A stretch of DNA of 35,293 nt from Planctomycetota bacterium (GCA_035649615.1 DASRJF010000079.1:1-35293); one strand, 5' to 3'; positions 25,551 through 32,794 are shown, counted from the first letter of the stretch. Numbers and translations: made by a program. Notes: generated by a model not told the origin, from the letters alone.

Positions 25551-26066
25551 CTACTTCTTCTGGCGGACGTACTCGAACTTCATCGCGTGGTCGGGCTTCC
25601 CGTCCTTCATCAGCCCCCATTCCGCCGTGAAATTGTCGTCGTCCTTGAAGGTGAAGAACGCGGAGTGCATGTGGGCGTCGGTGTCGCACTTCATGTTGGA
25701 TCCGCCGACGCAGCGGAAATCGAGCGTCCCTTCCTTCGAGTCCTTCTGCGCCTTCATGCGGGGCTGGTTGCCGATCGCGCAGTAGTGCGTGAGCACGAGG
25801 TCGTCGCCGTCGAGGTGATACATGGTGACCATCTCGTGGGGCTGGCCCGGCATGATGGTTTCCATGACGGTGGAGCCGCCGGAGACGACGCGATAGGTGA
25901 CGTTGACCTTCCCCATCTGCTTCGTGTCGGCCTGCCAGGTCCCGACCAGCTTCTTGAGCCGCTCCAGACCCGGGTGCGACTTCTTTTCCTTCTTCTCCGT
26001 TTCCTGCGCGGCGCCGGGAAGGGAGGCGGCGAGCGCGACGGCGAGGGCGGCGATCGTGAGTTTCAT
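25551..26066 (-). CDS. Secreted hypothetical protein
   Basis: Start at ATG 26066 (MKLTIAALAVALAASLPGAAQ, a signal peptide), with GGAG 6 nt upstream. I cannot name a family. The stop is 1 nt from the convergent thiF-like stop. Confidence 0.65.
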   Translation of the reverse strand: MKLTIAALAVALAASLPGAAQETEKKEKKSHPGLERLKKLVGTWQADTKQMGKVNVTYRVVSGGSTVMETIMPGQPHEMVTMYHLDGDDLVLTHYCAIGNQPRMKAQKDSKEGTLDFRCVGGSNMKCDTDAHMHSAFFTFKDDDNFTAEWGLMKDGKPDHAMKFEYVRQKK

Positions 26067-26161
26067 GAATGTTCTCCAGAGAGTTCCCCAGAAGTTATCA
26101 GTTTGATACGGGGGAGGGGATGAATACGTTGCATCCGGTTTCAACACGCGGCCGATAGAGG

Positions 26162-26170
26162 TGGTATCAT
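26162..26170 (+). promoter_or_regulatory. Extended -10 candidate upstream of the tRNA
   Basis: TGGTATCAT (TGn plus hexamer) about 60 nt upstream of the tRNA 5' end. Confidence 0.3.
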
Positions 26171-26230
26171 GTCGACGATGACGGGCCCCGCGCGCACCCT
26201 CCGAATAGCGCGCTGATCGTCCACCTTCCG

Positions 26231-26302
26231 GGGCCCGTGGCTCAACGGTAGAGCAGGGGACTCATAATCCCTTGGTTGTCGGTTCGAATCCGACCGGGCC
26301 CA
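26231..26302 (+). tRNA. tRNA with CAU anticodon (elongator Met, or Ile2 if lysidine-modified)
   Basis: Hand-folded cloverleaf. Acceptor GGGCCCG/CGGGCCC. D stem GCTC/GAGC. Anticodon stem GGGGA/TCCCT with loop CTCATAA. T arm GTCGG-TTCGAAT-CCGAC. Discriminator A. CCA is not encoded. Confidence 0.9.
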
Positions 26303-26591
26303 CTTCGACTCGCGATGCTCTGCTTCGCTCGCTCAGTGCAGGCATTCTTCCGCGAGCCGAAGTGCCCTGAGCGAGCGCAGCGAGTCGAAGGGCACGGTTC
26401 TGGTTCGCCACGGGTGACTGAAGAGCCACTTCGACTCGCCGCGACCAGGTCTTTGCGGCCCGCTCCGTGCAAGCGGGCTCGCCGCGGGACCCCCGAGTTG
26501 CATTTTATGGAACATTCGCGCCACCCGAACTGTCATAATGGGTTATACGAGCGGGAGTATTCGCCTGTCGGCGCCGAAGGAGGCCGTGGCC

Positions 26592-27560
26592 ATGTTTCGC
26601 CCCCTCTACGTCGTAGCCCTCTCTGCCGCTCTGCTCGCCGCGTCCACGGGCGCATCCGCGGTCCAGGACCCTCCCAAGGAACCGCCCAAGAAGGATCCGA
26701 AGGCGGCCTCTCCCCAGAAGGCGGCGCCCGCGACGGATGAGGAGGCGGAAGCCGCCCTCGCCGAATTCAAGAAGTCGATGACCGCCGACCTGGCCTCCTC
26801 GCAGGTGGCCGCGATCAAGACGGTTTCCAAGGTCCGGCACGAGAAAGTGATCCGCGCCGTCGCCGGCTGCCTCAGGTCGAATCTCCTCGACGTGGCCGCG
26901 TGCGCGGCGCTCCAGCTCGCCGAGCTGGACCATCCGGTCTCGGCCGAAGTGCTCGTCCAGGGGATCGCCCCCAACGACAAGCGGCCGGTCGTCCTCGGCG
27001 CCATCTTCAACTCGCTCGGCAAGCTCGGCTACGAATCCGCCTCCGGCCCCCTCGTGTCGCTGCTCGACAAGTCCAACGAGGACGGCTGGAAGAAGGTCCT
27101 CGAGGAAGCCGTCAACGCCGTCGGCCGCATCGGCAGCGCGAAGGCGGTCGATCCCCTCCTCGACTGGCGTCGCCGGCAGCCCGGCGGCGGATTCGGCGGC
27201 GGACGGTGGGGCGGCGGCGGCGGAGGCGGCGGCGGCAACCAGAGCGGCCGCCTGTGGAGCGCCATCGATCGCGCCCTGAAATCGATCACCGGCGGCGACG
27301 AGGAGACCACGTCCGACTGGGAGAAGTGGTGGAAGGCGAACCGGGCCGATCTCGTCGCGAACGCCACGGCGACGTACCGGTGCAAGGTCTCGTGGGAGCG
27401 GTACGACGGCCCGGCCGGCCGCCGCAACCCCTGCCCGCACGCACCGGACAAGGGCCACACGTCCTGTTCGCAAGGCATCCGGGTCCGTCTCATTCCCGAA
27501 CCGGACGCGCCCGCGGACGGCGGCGGGCCGCCCCCGGGCGGCGGCGGCGGAAACCCGTAG
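26592..27560 (+). CDS. Secreted HEAT-repeat (PBS-lyase-like) protein with a poly-Gly tract
   Basis: Start at ATG 26592 (MFRPLYVVALSAALLAASTGASA), with AAGGAGG 9 nt upstream. HEAT-like repeats include VRHEKVIRAVAGCL, DHPVSAEVLVQGI and GSAKAVDPLLDW. The Gly run is GGGFGGGRWGGGGGGGGGN. Confidence 0.7.
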   Translation: MFRPLYVVALSAALLAASTGASAVQDPPKEPPKKDPKAASPQKAAPATDEEAEAALAEFKKSMTADLASSQVAAIKTVSKVRHEKVIRAVAGCLRSNLLDVAACAALQLAELDHPVSAEVLVQGIAPNDKRPVVLGAIFNSLGKLGYESASGPLVSLLDKSNEDGWKKVLEEAVNAVGRIGSAKAVDPLLDWRRRQPGGGFGGGRWGGGGGGGGGNQSGRLWSAIDRALKSITGGDEETTSDWEKWWKANRADLVANATATYRCKVSWERYDGPAGRRNPCPHAPDKGHTSCSQGIRVRLIPEPDAPADGGGPPPGGGGGNP

Positions 27561-27567
27561 GCCCGCT

Positions 27568-27597
27568 TTGACATTTCCTTCGCGCCGGGCCTAGAAT
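27568..27597 (+). promoter_or_regulatory. Sigma-70-type promoter candidate for the STAS-PP2C gene
   Basis: TTGACA (27568-27573), an 18-nt spacer, then TAGAAT (27592-27597). This is followed by GGAGGA and GTG 27617. Confidence 0.5.
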
Positions 27598-27616
27598 CCC
27601 GCCGGAGGACTTCGCC

Positions 27617-29125
27617 GTGCCCTTCGGTCCCTTGCCGACGCCCAAACCCTCGACCGCGTCGGAGTCCATCCTGGCCCGCACCCCGTCGTACGAAGTCATC
27701 ACCCAGCCCCGCGGCCCCTGGCTTCTCATCACCCTGCGCGGCATGTACGACGAAGCCATGGTCGAAATCCTCCGCTCGAAGATCTTCACCCGGAAGTCGT
27801 CGTTCGCGTTCGATCTCACCAACCTCAGCGGCGTCACGATCCAGCTCGCCCGCGAGCTCTACTTCACCGCGAACAAGTTGAGGTCCGGCGAGCACCGGCT
27901 CGTCCTCGTCAACCCCGGCGAGAAAATCAGCAGCCTCATCCTGCTCATCGCCCGCGACGCCAAGATCGCGAGCTTCCCCTCCCTCGAGGAGCTCCCGTCC
28001 GATCCCCGCTCGCTCGAACAGCAGATCGAGCGCCTCGAGGTGGAGTTCGAGGAGATCCGGAAGAACCTCTTCACGAACCCGCTCTGGCAGTTCGTCGACC
28101 GCGATTCCTGCTGGCTCTGCCCCTTTTGCGCGAACGCGGTCGAGGACGTCAAGATCGTCTCGCGCGTCTCGATCGCCCGCCAGACGCTCGACAACCTCTA
28201 CCGCCATCTCCACCGCCGCTGCATCGGCTTCAACCCCAAGATGCCGCGCTTCAAGCCGCAGGCGGAGCTCGAGACGAAGCTCAAGAAGGTCAACGCGGAG
28301 AAGTTCTCGGCCTCCAAGACCCTGACCACGGCCCTCGAGTCGAAAGTGAAGGTGCTCGCGGACAAGGCGCAGCTCGCGGACTCCCTCGAGCAGAGCCTCA
28401 GGATCGCCGTCGACCGCCAGCAGCGCCTGCTCCCCGCCAAGCCGCCGCAGCTCCCGAACTGCGACATCGCCCTGACGTACCGCCCCGCCCAGCGGCTCAG
28501 CGGGGACTTCTACGATTTCATCGACATGGGCCAGGGCCGCATGGGGTTCGCCATCGGCGACGTGGCGGGACACGGCATCGAGGCGGGCATCCTCATGGGA
28601 ATGACCAAGAAGGTGCTGAACATCCGGGCGAGCGAACTGATGGACCCGGTCGAGGCGATGAAGCAGACCAACCTCGACGTCTACAAGGATCTCGACCGCC
28701 AGACCTTCGTCACCGCGTTCCTCGGGATGCTCGACCCGGAGAAGCGCACGCTGACCTACGCGCGGGCGGGACACAATCCGCCGCTCATCTACAACAAGGA
28801 CCGGACGCCTCCCCACGGGAAGCTCGAGGCCGGCGGGATGATGCTCGGCATGGCGCCCGGCGCCCTCTTCGACCGCGTCATGGTCGCGGAGACGCTCCAG
28901 CTCCAGGCGGGCGACATCATCCTGATCTACACGGACGGATTGGAAGAGGCGAAGAACGACAAGAGCGAGCTCTTCGGGTTGGCGCGATGCACGCCCGTGC
29001 TCGAGCACGACGCGGACCGGCCCGCTTCCTACATCCTGGGCGCGATCGCGTTCGAGCTCGAGCGGTTCTGCGGGATGCTCCCCCAGGAAGACGACATCAC
29101 CGCCATCTGCCTGAAGATCAGCTGA
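27617..29125 (+). CDS. STAS domain, Cys/His-rich coiled region and PP2C (SpoIIE/RsbU-type) Ser/Thr phosphatase
   Basis: GTG start with GGAGGA 7 nt upstream. The STAS-like N-terminus is WLLITLRGMYDEAMVEILRSKI..FDLTNLSGVT. PP2C motifs are LSGDFYDFIDMGQGRMGFAIGDVAGHGIEAG and ILIYTDGLEEAKN. Confidence 0.88.
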   Translation: MPFGPLPTPKPSTASESILARTPSYEVITQPRGPWLLITLRGMYDEAMVEILRSKIFTRKSSFAFDLTNLSGVTIQLARELYFTANKLRSGEHRLVLVNPGEKISSLILLIARDAKIASFPSLEELPSDPRSLEQQIERLEVEFEEIRKNLFTNPLWQFVDRDSCWLCPFCANAVEDVKIVSRVSIARQTLDNLYRHLHRRCIGFNPKMPRFKPQAELETKLKKVNAEKFSASKTLTTALESKVKVLADKAQLADSLEQSLRIAVDRQQRLLPAKPPQLPNCDIALTYRPAQRLSGDFYDFIDMGQGRMGFAIGDVAGHGIEAGILMGMTKKVLNIRASELMDPVEAMKQTNLDVYKDLDRQTFVTAFLGMLDPEKRTLTYARAGHNPPLIYNKDRTPPHGKLEAGGMMLGMAPGALFDRVMVAETLQLQAGDIILIYTDGLEEAKNDKSELFGLARCTPVLEHDADRPASYILGAIAFELERFCGMLPQEDDITAICLKIS

Positions 29126-29164
29126 CGCCGCCGGAGGCCGCGCGAGGATTGCGTTTCTTGAAGT

Positions 29165-29193
29165 TTGACGTCCCCTTCCGCGCGTCCTAAGAT
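29165..29193 (+). promoter_or_regulatory. Sigma-70-type promoter candidate for the YcfL-like lipoprotein gene
   Basis: TTGACG, a 17-nt spacer, then TAAGAT. AGGAG and ATG 29217 lie downstream. Confidence 0.45.
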
Positions 29194-29216
29194 TCGGGGT
29201 CCAACTAGGAGCCGAC

Positions 29217-29753
29217 ATGAGCTTGACCCGATTCGCGCCCCTCGCCCTCGCCGCCCTCGTCCTGGCCGGCTGCGGGAGCACCCCCGAGAACTACGTCGAA
29301 CCCGAGCAGCCCGCGCCCGCGGCCGCGCCGGACGACGTGTCGATGTCGGAACTCATGAACCGCAACATGCGGACGTCGGAACTCGGCGTCGGCCTCCTCA
29401 AGGACCCGGCGAAGACGGTGGGCTACGCCCCGGGAAGCACCGGGGCCGGCGAGAGGATGCTCGACGGATCCCTCATCGTGGAGCACGTGGCGCGCCAGGA
29501 CGCGGACAATCATTTCGGCGCGACCGTGTCGGTCTTCAACAACCGCGACGACGCGCCGCTCTCGTTCGAGTGGCGGATCGCCTTCTTCAATGTCAAGGGC
29601 GCGGAAGTGCCGTCGTTGAATCCCGGGTGGAAGAAGCGGACGCTCGACGCCAATCGATGGGGATCGGTCTCGAACTCGGCGACCGTGCGGGGAGCCGTGA
29701 CCTTCAAGCTCGAGGCCCGCGCCCCGCAGGCGGCCCCGGCCCCGGCTCCCTAA
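29217..29753 (+). CDS. Lipoprotein, YcfL/DUF1425-like
   Basis: Lipobox LVLAGC. AGGAG lies upstream. The C-terminal pattern VSVFNNRDDAPLSFEWRIAFFNVKGAEV..WKKRTLDAN resembles the YcfL family. The family call is from memory only. Confidence 0.6.
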   Translation: MSLTRFAPLALAALVLAGCGSTPENYVEPEQPAPAAAPDDVSMSELMNRNMRTSELGVGLLKDPAKTVGYAPGSTGAGERMLDGSLIVEHVARQDADNHFGATVSVFNNRDDAPLSFEWRIAFFNVKGAEVPSLNPGWKKRTLDANRWGSVSNSATVRGAVTFKLEARAPQAAPAPAP

Positions 29754-29770
29754 GAACTATTGTCGATCCT

Positions 29771-29784
29771 GGATTCTCGATTCT
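29771..29784 (+). repeat. Two heptamer units (GGATTCT CGATTCT), the left remnant of the array split by the IS
   Basis: Direct reading. Deleting 29782-31221 rejoins CGAT|TCT in phase with the units at 31225 onward. Confidence 0.75.
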
Positions 29785-29804
29785 TCCATGAGAAGGTCTG
29801 TCAA

Positions 29805-30045
29805 GTGAGGGCCGACGTGGCGGCCTCTGTGCGCCACCGAAGAGCAACCAGTACCGCCACGCTTCCATTCGCACTCTGATAAGCCCGCTACGGGGGCTCG
29901 GTGCATGATGAAGTCCGTCCAGCTCGGACGCTGCCATCTCGATTACGGTCTCGTGGACCTCAGAATCGTCGCAGTCGTCCGGACTGGGCGGTTGGTTGCG
30001 CTTCGGCTCGCCCTCTGCTGAACCTCCTCCGCCTCGATCCCGTTC
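29805..30045 (-). ncRNA. Candidate bridge/seek guide RNA in the 3' non-coding end of the IS
   Basis: A 240-nt non-coding stretch lies between the transposase stop and the right IR. It has stems CGTGGCGG/CCGCCACG (29816-29823 with 29854-29861) and CGTCC/GGACG. It also has a 9-nt match to the IS flank at 29936-29944. No expression data are available. Confidence 0.4.
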
Positions 30046-31122
30046 CTACTTCCCTGACGTCATGGTCCTCGTCTCCTTCGCGTTCCGGAGCGGTTCGTAC
30101 GTTCCGCTCGTCACCCAGAGCCGATGCAGGAGCACCGACAGCTTCCGTGCGACCGCGACGATCGCCCTCTTCTTCGCCGTCTTCCCCCCGCTCGCCAGCT
30201 TCAGTCCCCACCGGCGGAGATCGGTGTCCGGCCCGAAGGCCCCCAGGATGTAATGCGCGCTGCTGACCAGGAGTCTTCGAAGCAGCCCGTCGCCCGCCTT
30301 GGTAATCCGGAGTTCCGGATCGTGCTCCCCCGATTGCGACTGCCGCGGTCTCAAGCCCAGGTACGCGCCCACCTGGCGGCTGCTTTCGAAGCGGCCCGCC
30401 TCCCCCAGCGTCAGCACGAAAGCCAGCGACGTGACGGGTCCCACGCCCGAGATCTGCTGCAGCGTCCGGGTCTGCGGATAGCGGAGCTCCGCCGCTTCCT
30501 CAGCTGCCCGGTCCTCCTGGCGGATCTGCTCCGTCAGCTTCCGGATCACTTCCAGCACCGGCTGCAGCGCCGGCCTCAGACACCCCGGCAGCTGCTCCTC
30601 CGCCTTGGTCCCGAAGGAGTCGGCCGACATCGCCGCGATCCTTCCGCCCATCGACTTCACCGCTCCGCGAACGTGGTTGATCAGCTTCGACCTCGACCGC
30701 ACCAGCGCATCCCGGGCCCGCAGGATGGCCAGGTCCTGCTGGGCTTGCGCGCTGCGGTGCTGGATCGGCGACAGCAGGTCCGGATCCATCCGCGCCACCT
30801 TCGCCAGCATCAGCGCGTCCGCCTTGTCGTTCTTCGTGTCACTCTGGAAGATCATCCGCAGCTTCCGCGCGTTGGCCACGATCACTTCGTGGCCCAAATC
30901 CTCGAGCAGTCGGTGCACCCACGCCGAATGCGTCCCCACTTCCAGCGCCACCCGCGCCGGCGACATCGTCTTGAACCGATTCGCCACCCCCTCCGGCGTC
31001 GTTCGGATCTTCGACTCCTCCAGCACCTCCCCTTCGGAGTCCAAAACGCAGACGTGCGAGTGCCTGTCGCTCACATCAAGTCCCACCGTGACACGTCCCT
31101 CTGCCGTGATAAGATTCGCCAA
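30046..31122 (-). CDS. IS110-family transposase/recombinase
   Basis: VGLDVSDRHSHVCVLD (DEDD N-domain) and LQQISGVGPVTSLAFVLTLGEAGRFESSRQVGAYLGLRPRQSQSGE (Transposase_20-type). I prefer TTG 31122 because GGAGGGAGG lies 7 nt upstream. The track start is GTG 31152. Confidence 0.9.
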   Translation of the reverse strand: MANLITAEGRVTVGLDVSDRHSHVCVLDSEGEVLEESKIRTTPEGVANRFKTMSPARVALEVGTHSAWVHRLLEDLGHEVIVANARKLRMIFQSDTKNDKADALMLAKVARMDPDLLSPIQHRSAQAQQDLAILRARDALVRSRSKLINHVRGAVKSMGGRIAAMSADSFGTKAEEQLPGCLRPALQPVLEVIRKLTEQIRQEDRAAEEAAELRYPQTRTLQQISGVGPVTSLAFVLTLGEAGRFESSRQVGAYLGLRPRQSQSGEHDPELRITKAGDGLLRRLLVSSAHYILGAFGPDTDLRRWGLKLASGGKTAKKRAIVAVARKLSVLLHRLWVTSGTYEPLRNAKETRTMTSGK

Positions 31123-31217
31123 GGTCGGCCTCCCTCCTGTCGTGGGCCACACGAGCCCGTCCTATTTTGGGAGCCCGTAAGGGCATCCCGCTAGACAGTG
31201 GAGGCTGACCTTCTCAT

Positions 31218-31280
31218 CTAATCTCGATTCCGCCGATCTGATGACTGATTTCTGATGTCTGATTTCTGATTTCCGATGTC
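31218..31280 (+). repeat. Heptanucleotide tandem array of 9 in-phase units (YGATNNC type)
   Basis: CTAATCT CGATTCC GCCGATC TGATGAC TGATTTC TGATGTC TGATTTC TGATTTC CGATGTC. It continues the units GGATTCT CGATTCT at 29771-29784 on the other side of the IS. Confidence 0.85.
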
Positions 31281-31304
31281 TGCGGACCTGTCCCGCTCCC
31301 TTGC

Positions 31305-31844
31305 CTACCGGATCGCTTTCCGCAGTTTTTCGATGTTGCGGTAGTAGATCGTCTTCACCGTCTCGGTCGGATGGTTCGTCGCCCGGCCGATCGCCGCGAA
31401 GGATTTCCCCTCCAGCAGCCTGAGCCGGGCGACCGTCTGCGCGGGCTCCTTGAGCAGGCTGATCGCCTCCATCAGCGCCATCGTGATCTCGTTGCCGCCC
31501 GCGGGCGTCATGCCCGCCGCGAGCAGGGACTCGTCGAGGGACACGGTCGCCGTGCGGCGCCGCCGGAGATGGTTGAGCGCGTCGTTGCGCGCGACGGTGG
31601 CGAGCCACGAGGTGAAGCGCCCTTTCGAGGCGCGGTAGCGGACGGCCTTGCGGAAGGCCCGGAGGAAGATGTCCTGCACCATGTCTTCCACGTCCTCCGG
31701 ATCGGCCCCGGCCTGCCGGACGATGTTCGCCACGAGCCCCGAGTGCCGGCGGATGATGGAATCCCCCGCCGAGCGGTCGCCCGCCACGAGGCTCTCGACG
31801 AGCTCCTCGTCGGTGGGTTCCTTCGGGCGCTGAGGCGCGGACAT
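31305..31844 (-). CDS. ECF-type sigma-70 family RNA polymerase sigma factor
   Basis: Start at ATG 31844 (MSAPQRPKEP). Region 2 is EDMVQDIFLRAFRKAVRY..FTSWLATVARNDALNHLRR. Region 4 is ARLRLLEGKSFAAIGRATNHPTETVKTIYYRNIEKLRK. Confidence 0.88.
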   Translation of the reverse strand: MSAPQRPKEPTDEELVESLVAGDRSAGDSIIRRHSGLVANIVRQAGADPEDVEDMVQDIFLRAFRKAVRYRASKGRFTSWLATVARNDALNHLRRRRTATVSLDESLLAAGMTPAGGNEITMALMEAISLLKEPAQTVARLRLLEGKSFAAIGRATNHPTETVKTIYYRNIEKLRKAIR

Positions 31845-32205
31845 GGTCCGGCCCGTCCAAAGAAGGAAACCGCTGTACCGGGAGCGGCGTCGCGGGAGCG
31901 AGGACCGGACAGGGAATGGGAAGGCGCGCCGACACTGAGGCCACCACCGTCCACCGCAGCCCGCAGGGCTGCAGGACCGGACGTCACCCCCAGGCAACAT
32001 CCGTCGCAACCCGCTTCTCCCGGCGGCGTCCCCTTCCCGCTCCAAACGCCGCCCTCCACCATCCCCTTTTCAGCCCATGGGAGGAGAAGCAGATCGCTTC
32101 GGATCGTACCACCGGAGGAATCGCGGTCAAAGGAATTCAACAGGAGACCGCGGCGCCGGGGCCCGACCGTTGACAGCGCGCGCGCCCCGTGCGAAGGTCG
32201 CGGCC

Positions 32206-32772
32206 ATGAGCACAACGTTCGACGCGACGAAGGGCCGGGCCCGATTGCTGGAAATCGTCCGCGACAAGGCGCTGCGGCGCGGCACCTTCACGCTCGCGAG
32301 CGGAAAGACGAGCGACTTCTACCTCGACTGCCGCCTCGTCACGCTCGACCCCGAGGGGCTCTTCCTCCTGAGCCGGCTCATCCTCGAAGACCTGAAGGAC
32401 TCCCCGGTCGAGGCCGTCGGCGGGCTGACGCTCGGCGCCGATCCGATCGCGGCGGGAGTGGCCGCGCTGTCCCATCTCGAGGGGCGCCCGGTCCGGGCGT
32501 TCCTCGTCCGCAAGGAGATGAAGTCCCACGGCACCCAGAAGCGGATCGAGGGCGCGCCGCTCGACGGCGCGCGCGTGGCGGTGGTCGAGGACACGATGAC
32601 GACCGGCGGGTCCGCGCGCGAAGCGATCGCGCAGGCGGAGGCCGCGGGCGCGAAGGTCGACCGGGTCTACTGCCTCGTGGACCGGCTCGAAGGCGGCGGC
32701 GCGGAGCTCCGGTCGAAGGGATACGACGTGCGGGCGATCTTCGAGGTGCCCGAGGTGCTCGGCCGCTCCTGA
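32206..32772 (+). CDS. pyrE: Orotate phosphoribosyltransferase
   Basis: Start at ATG 32206 (MSTTFDATKG). Motifs are FTLASGKTSDFYLDCR, GGLTLGADPIA and the PRPP loop VAVVEDTMTTGGS. Confidence 0.92.
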   Translation: MSTTFDATKGRARLLEIVRDKALRRGTFTLASGKTSDFYLDCRLVTLDPEGLFLLSRLILEDLKDSPVEAVGGLTLGADPIAAGVAALSHLEGRPVRAFLVRKEMKSHGTQKRIEGAPLDGARVAVVEDTMTTGGSAREAIAQAEAAGAKVDRVYCLVDRLEGGGAELRSKGYDVRAIFEVPEVLGRS

Positions 32773-32794
32773 TCGGCGCCTTTCCTCCCCTGGA

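Larger units (their letters stand above)
29782..31221 (-). mobile_element. IS110-family insertion sequence of the IS1111-like subgroup, about 1.44 kb
   Basis: Perfect 11-bp inverted repeats ATGAGAAGGTC (29788-29798) and GACCTTCTCAT (31207-31217). A single DEDD/Tnp_20-type transposase gene. The long non-coding end is 3' of the transposase. The ends are ambiguous by about 3 nt because TCT occurs at both junctions. Confidence 0.8.

Noticed and set aside
25547-25553. Convergent stops of the thiF-like gene and the secreted-protein gene separated by a single nucleotide
   Set aside because: The observation is real, and it leaves no room for terminators. However, it is common in compact genomes and I could not attach any further signal to it.
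26231-26302. The tRNA-CAU as initiator tRNA-fMet
   Set aside because: Positions 1 and 72 form a normal G-C pair instead of the bacterial initiator mismatch. The anticodon stem ends in A31-U39 instead of three consecutive G-C pairs. An elongator Met or Ile2 identity is more likely.
26242-26740. Short ORFs overlapping the tRNA and its trailer (26242..26472, 26276..26740, 26333..26536)
   Set aside because: They overlap a tRNA gene and a repeat-rich trailer. They have shadow composition and no start-site signals.
29775-29783. The 9-bp direct repeat TCTCGATTC flanking the IS (second copy at 31222-31230) as a classical target-site duplication
   Set aside because: Both copies are simply units of the pre-existing heptamer array. 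IS110-family elements do not make 9-bp duplications. Only the short TCT/CT core is likely to be shared by the mechanism.
31845-32205. Small ORFs in the 360-bp sigma/pyrE divergent region (e.g. 31916..32173, 85 aa) as a missing anti-sigma factor
   Set aside because: The composition is shadow-like. The ORF has no TM helix or zinc-binding anti-sigma motif, no SD sequence, and is on the wrong side of the sigma gene.
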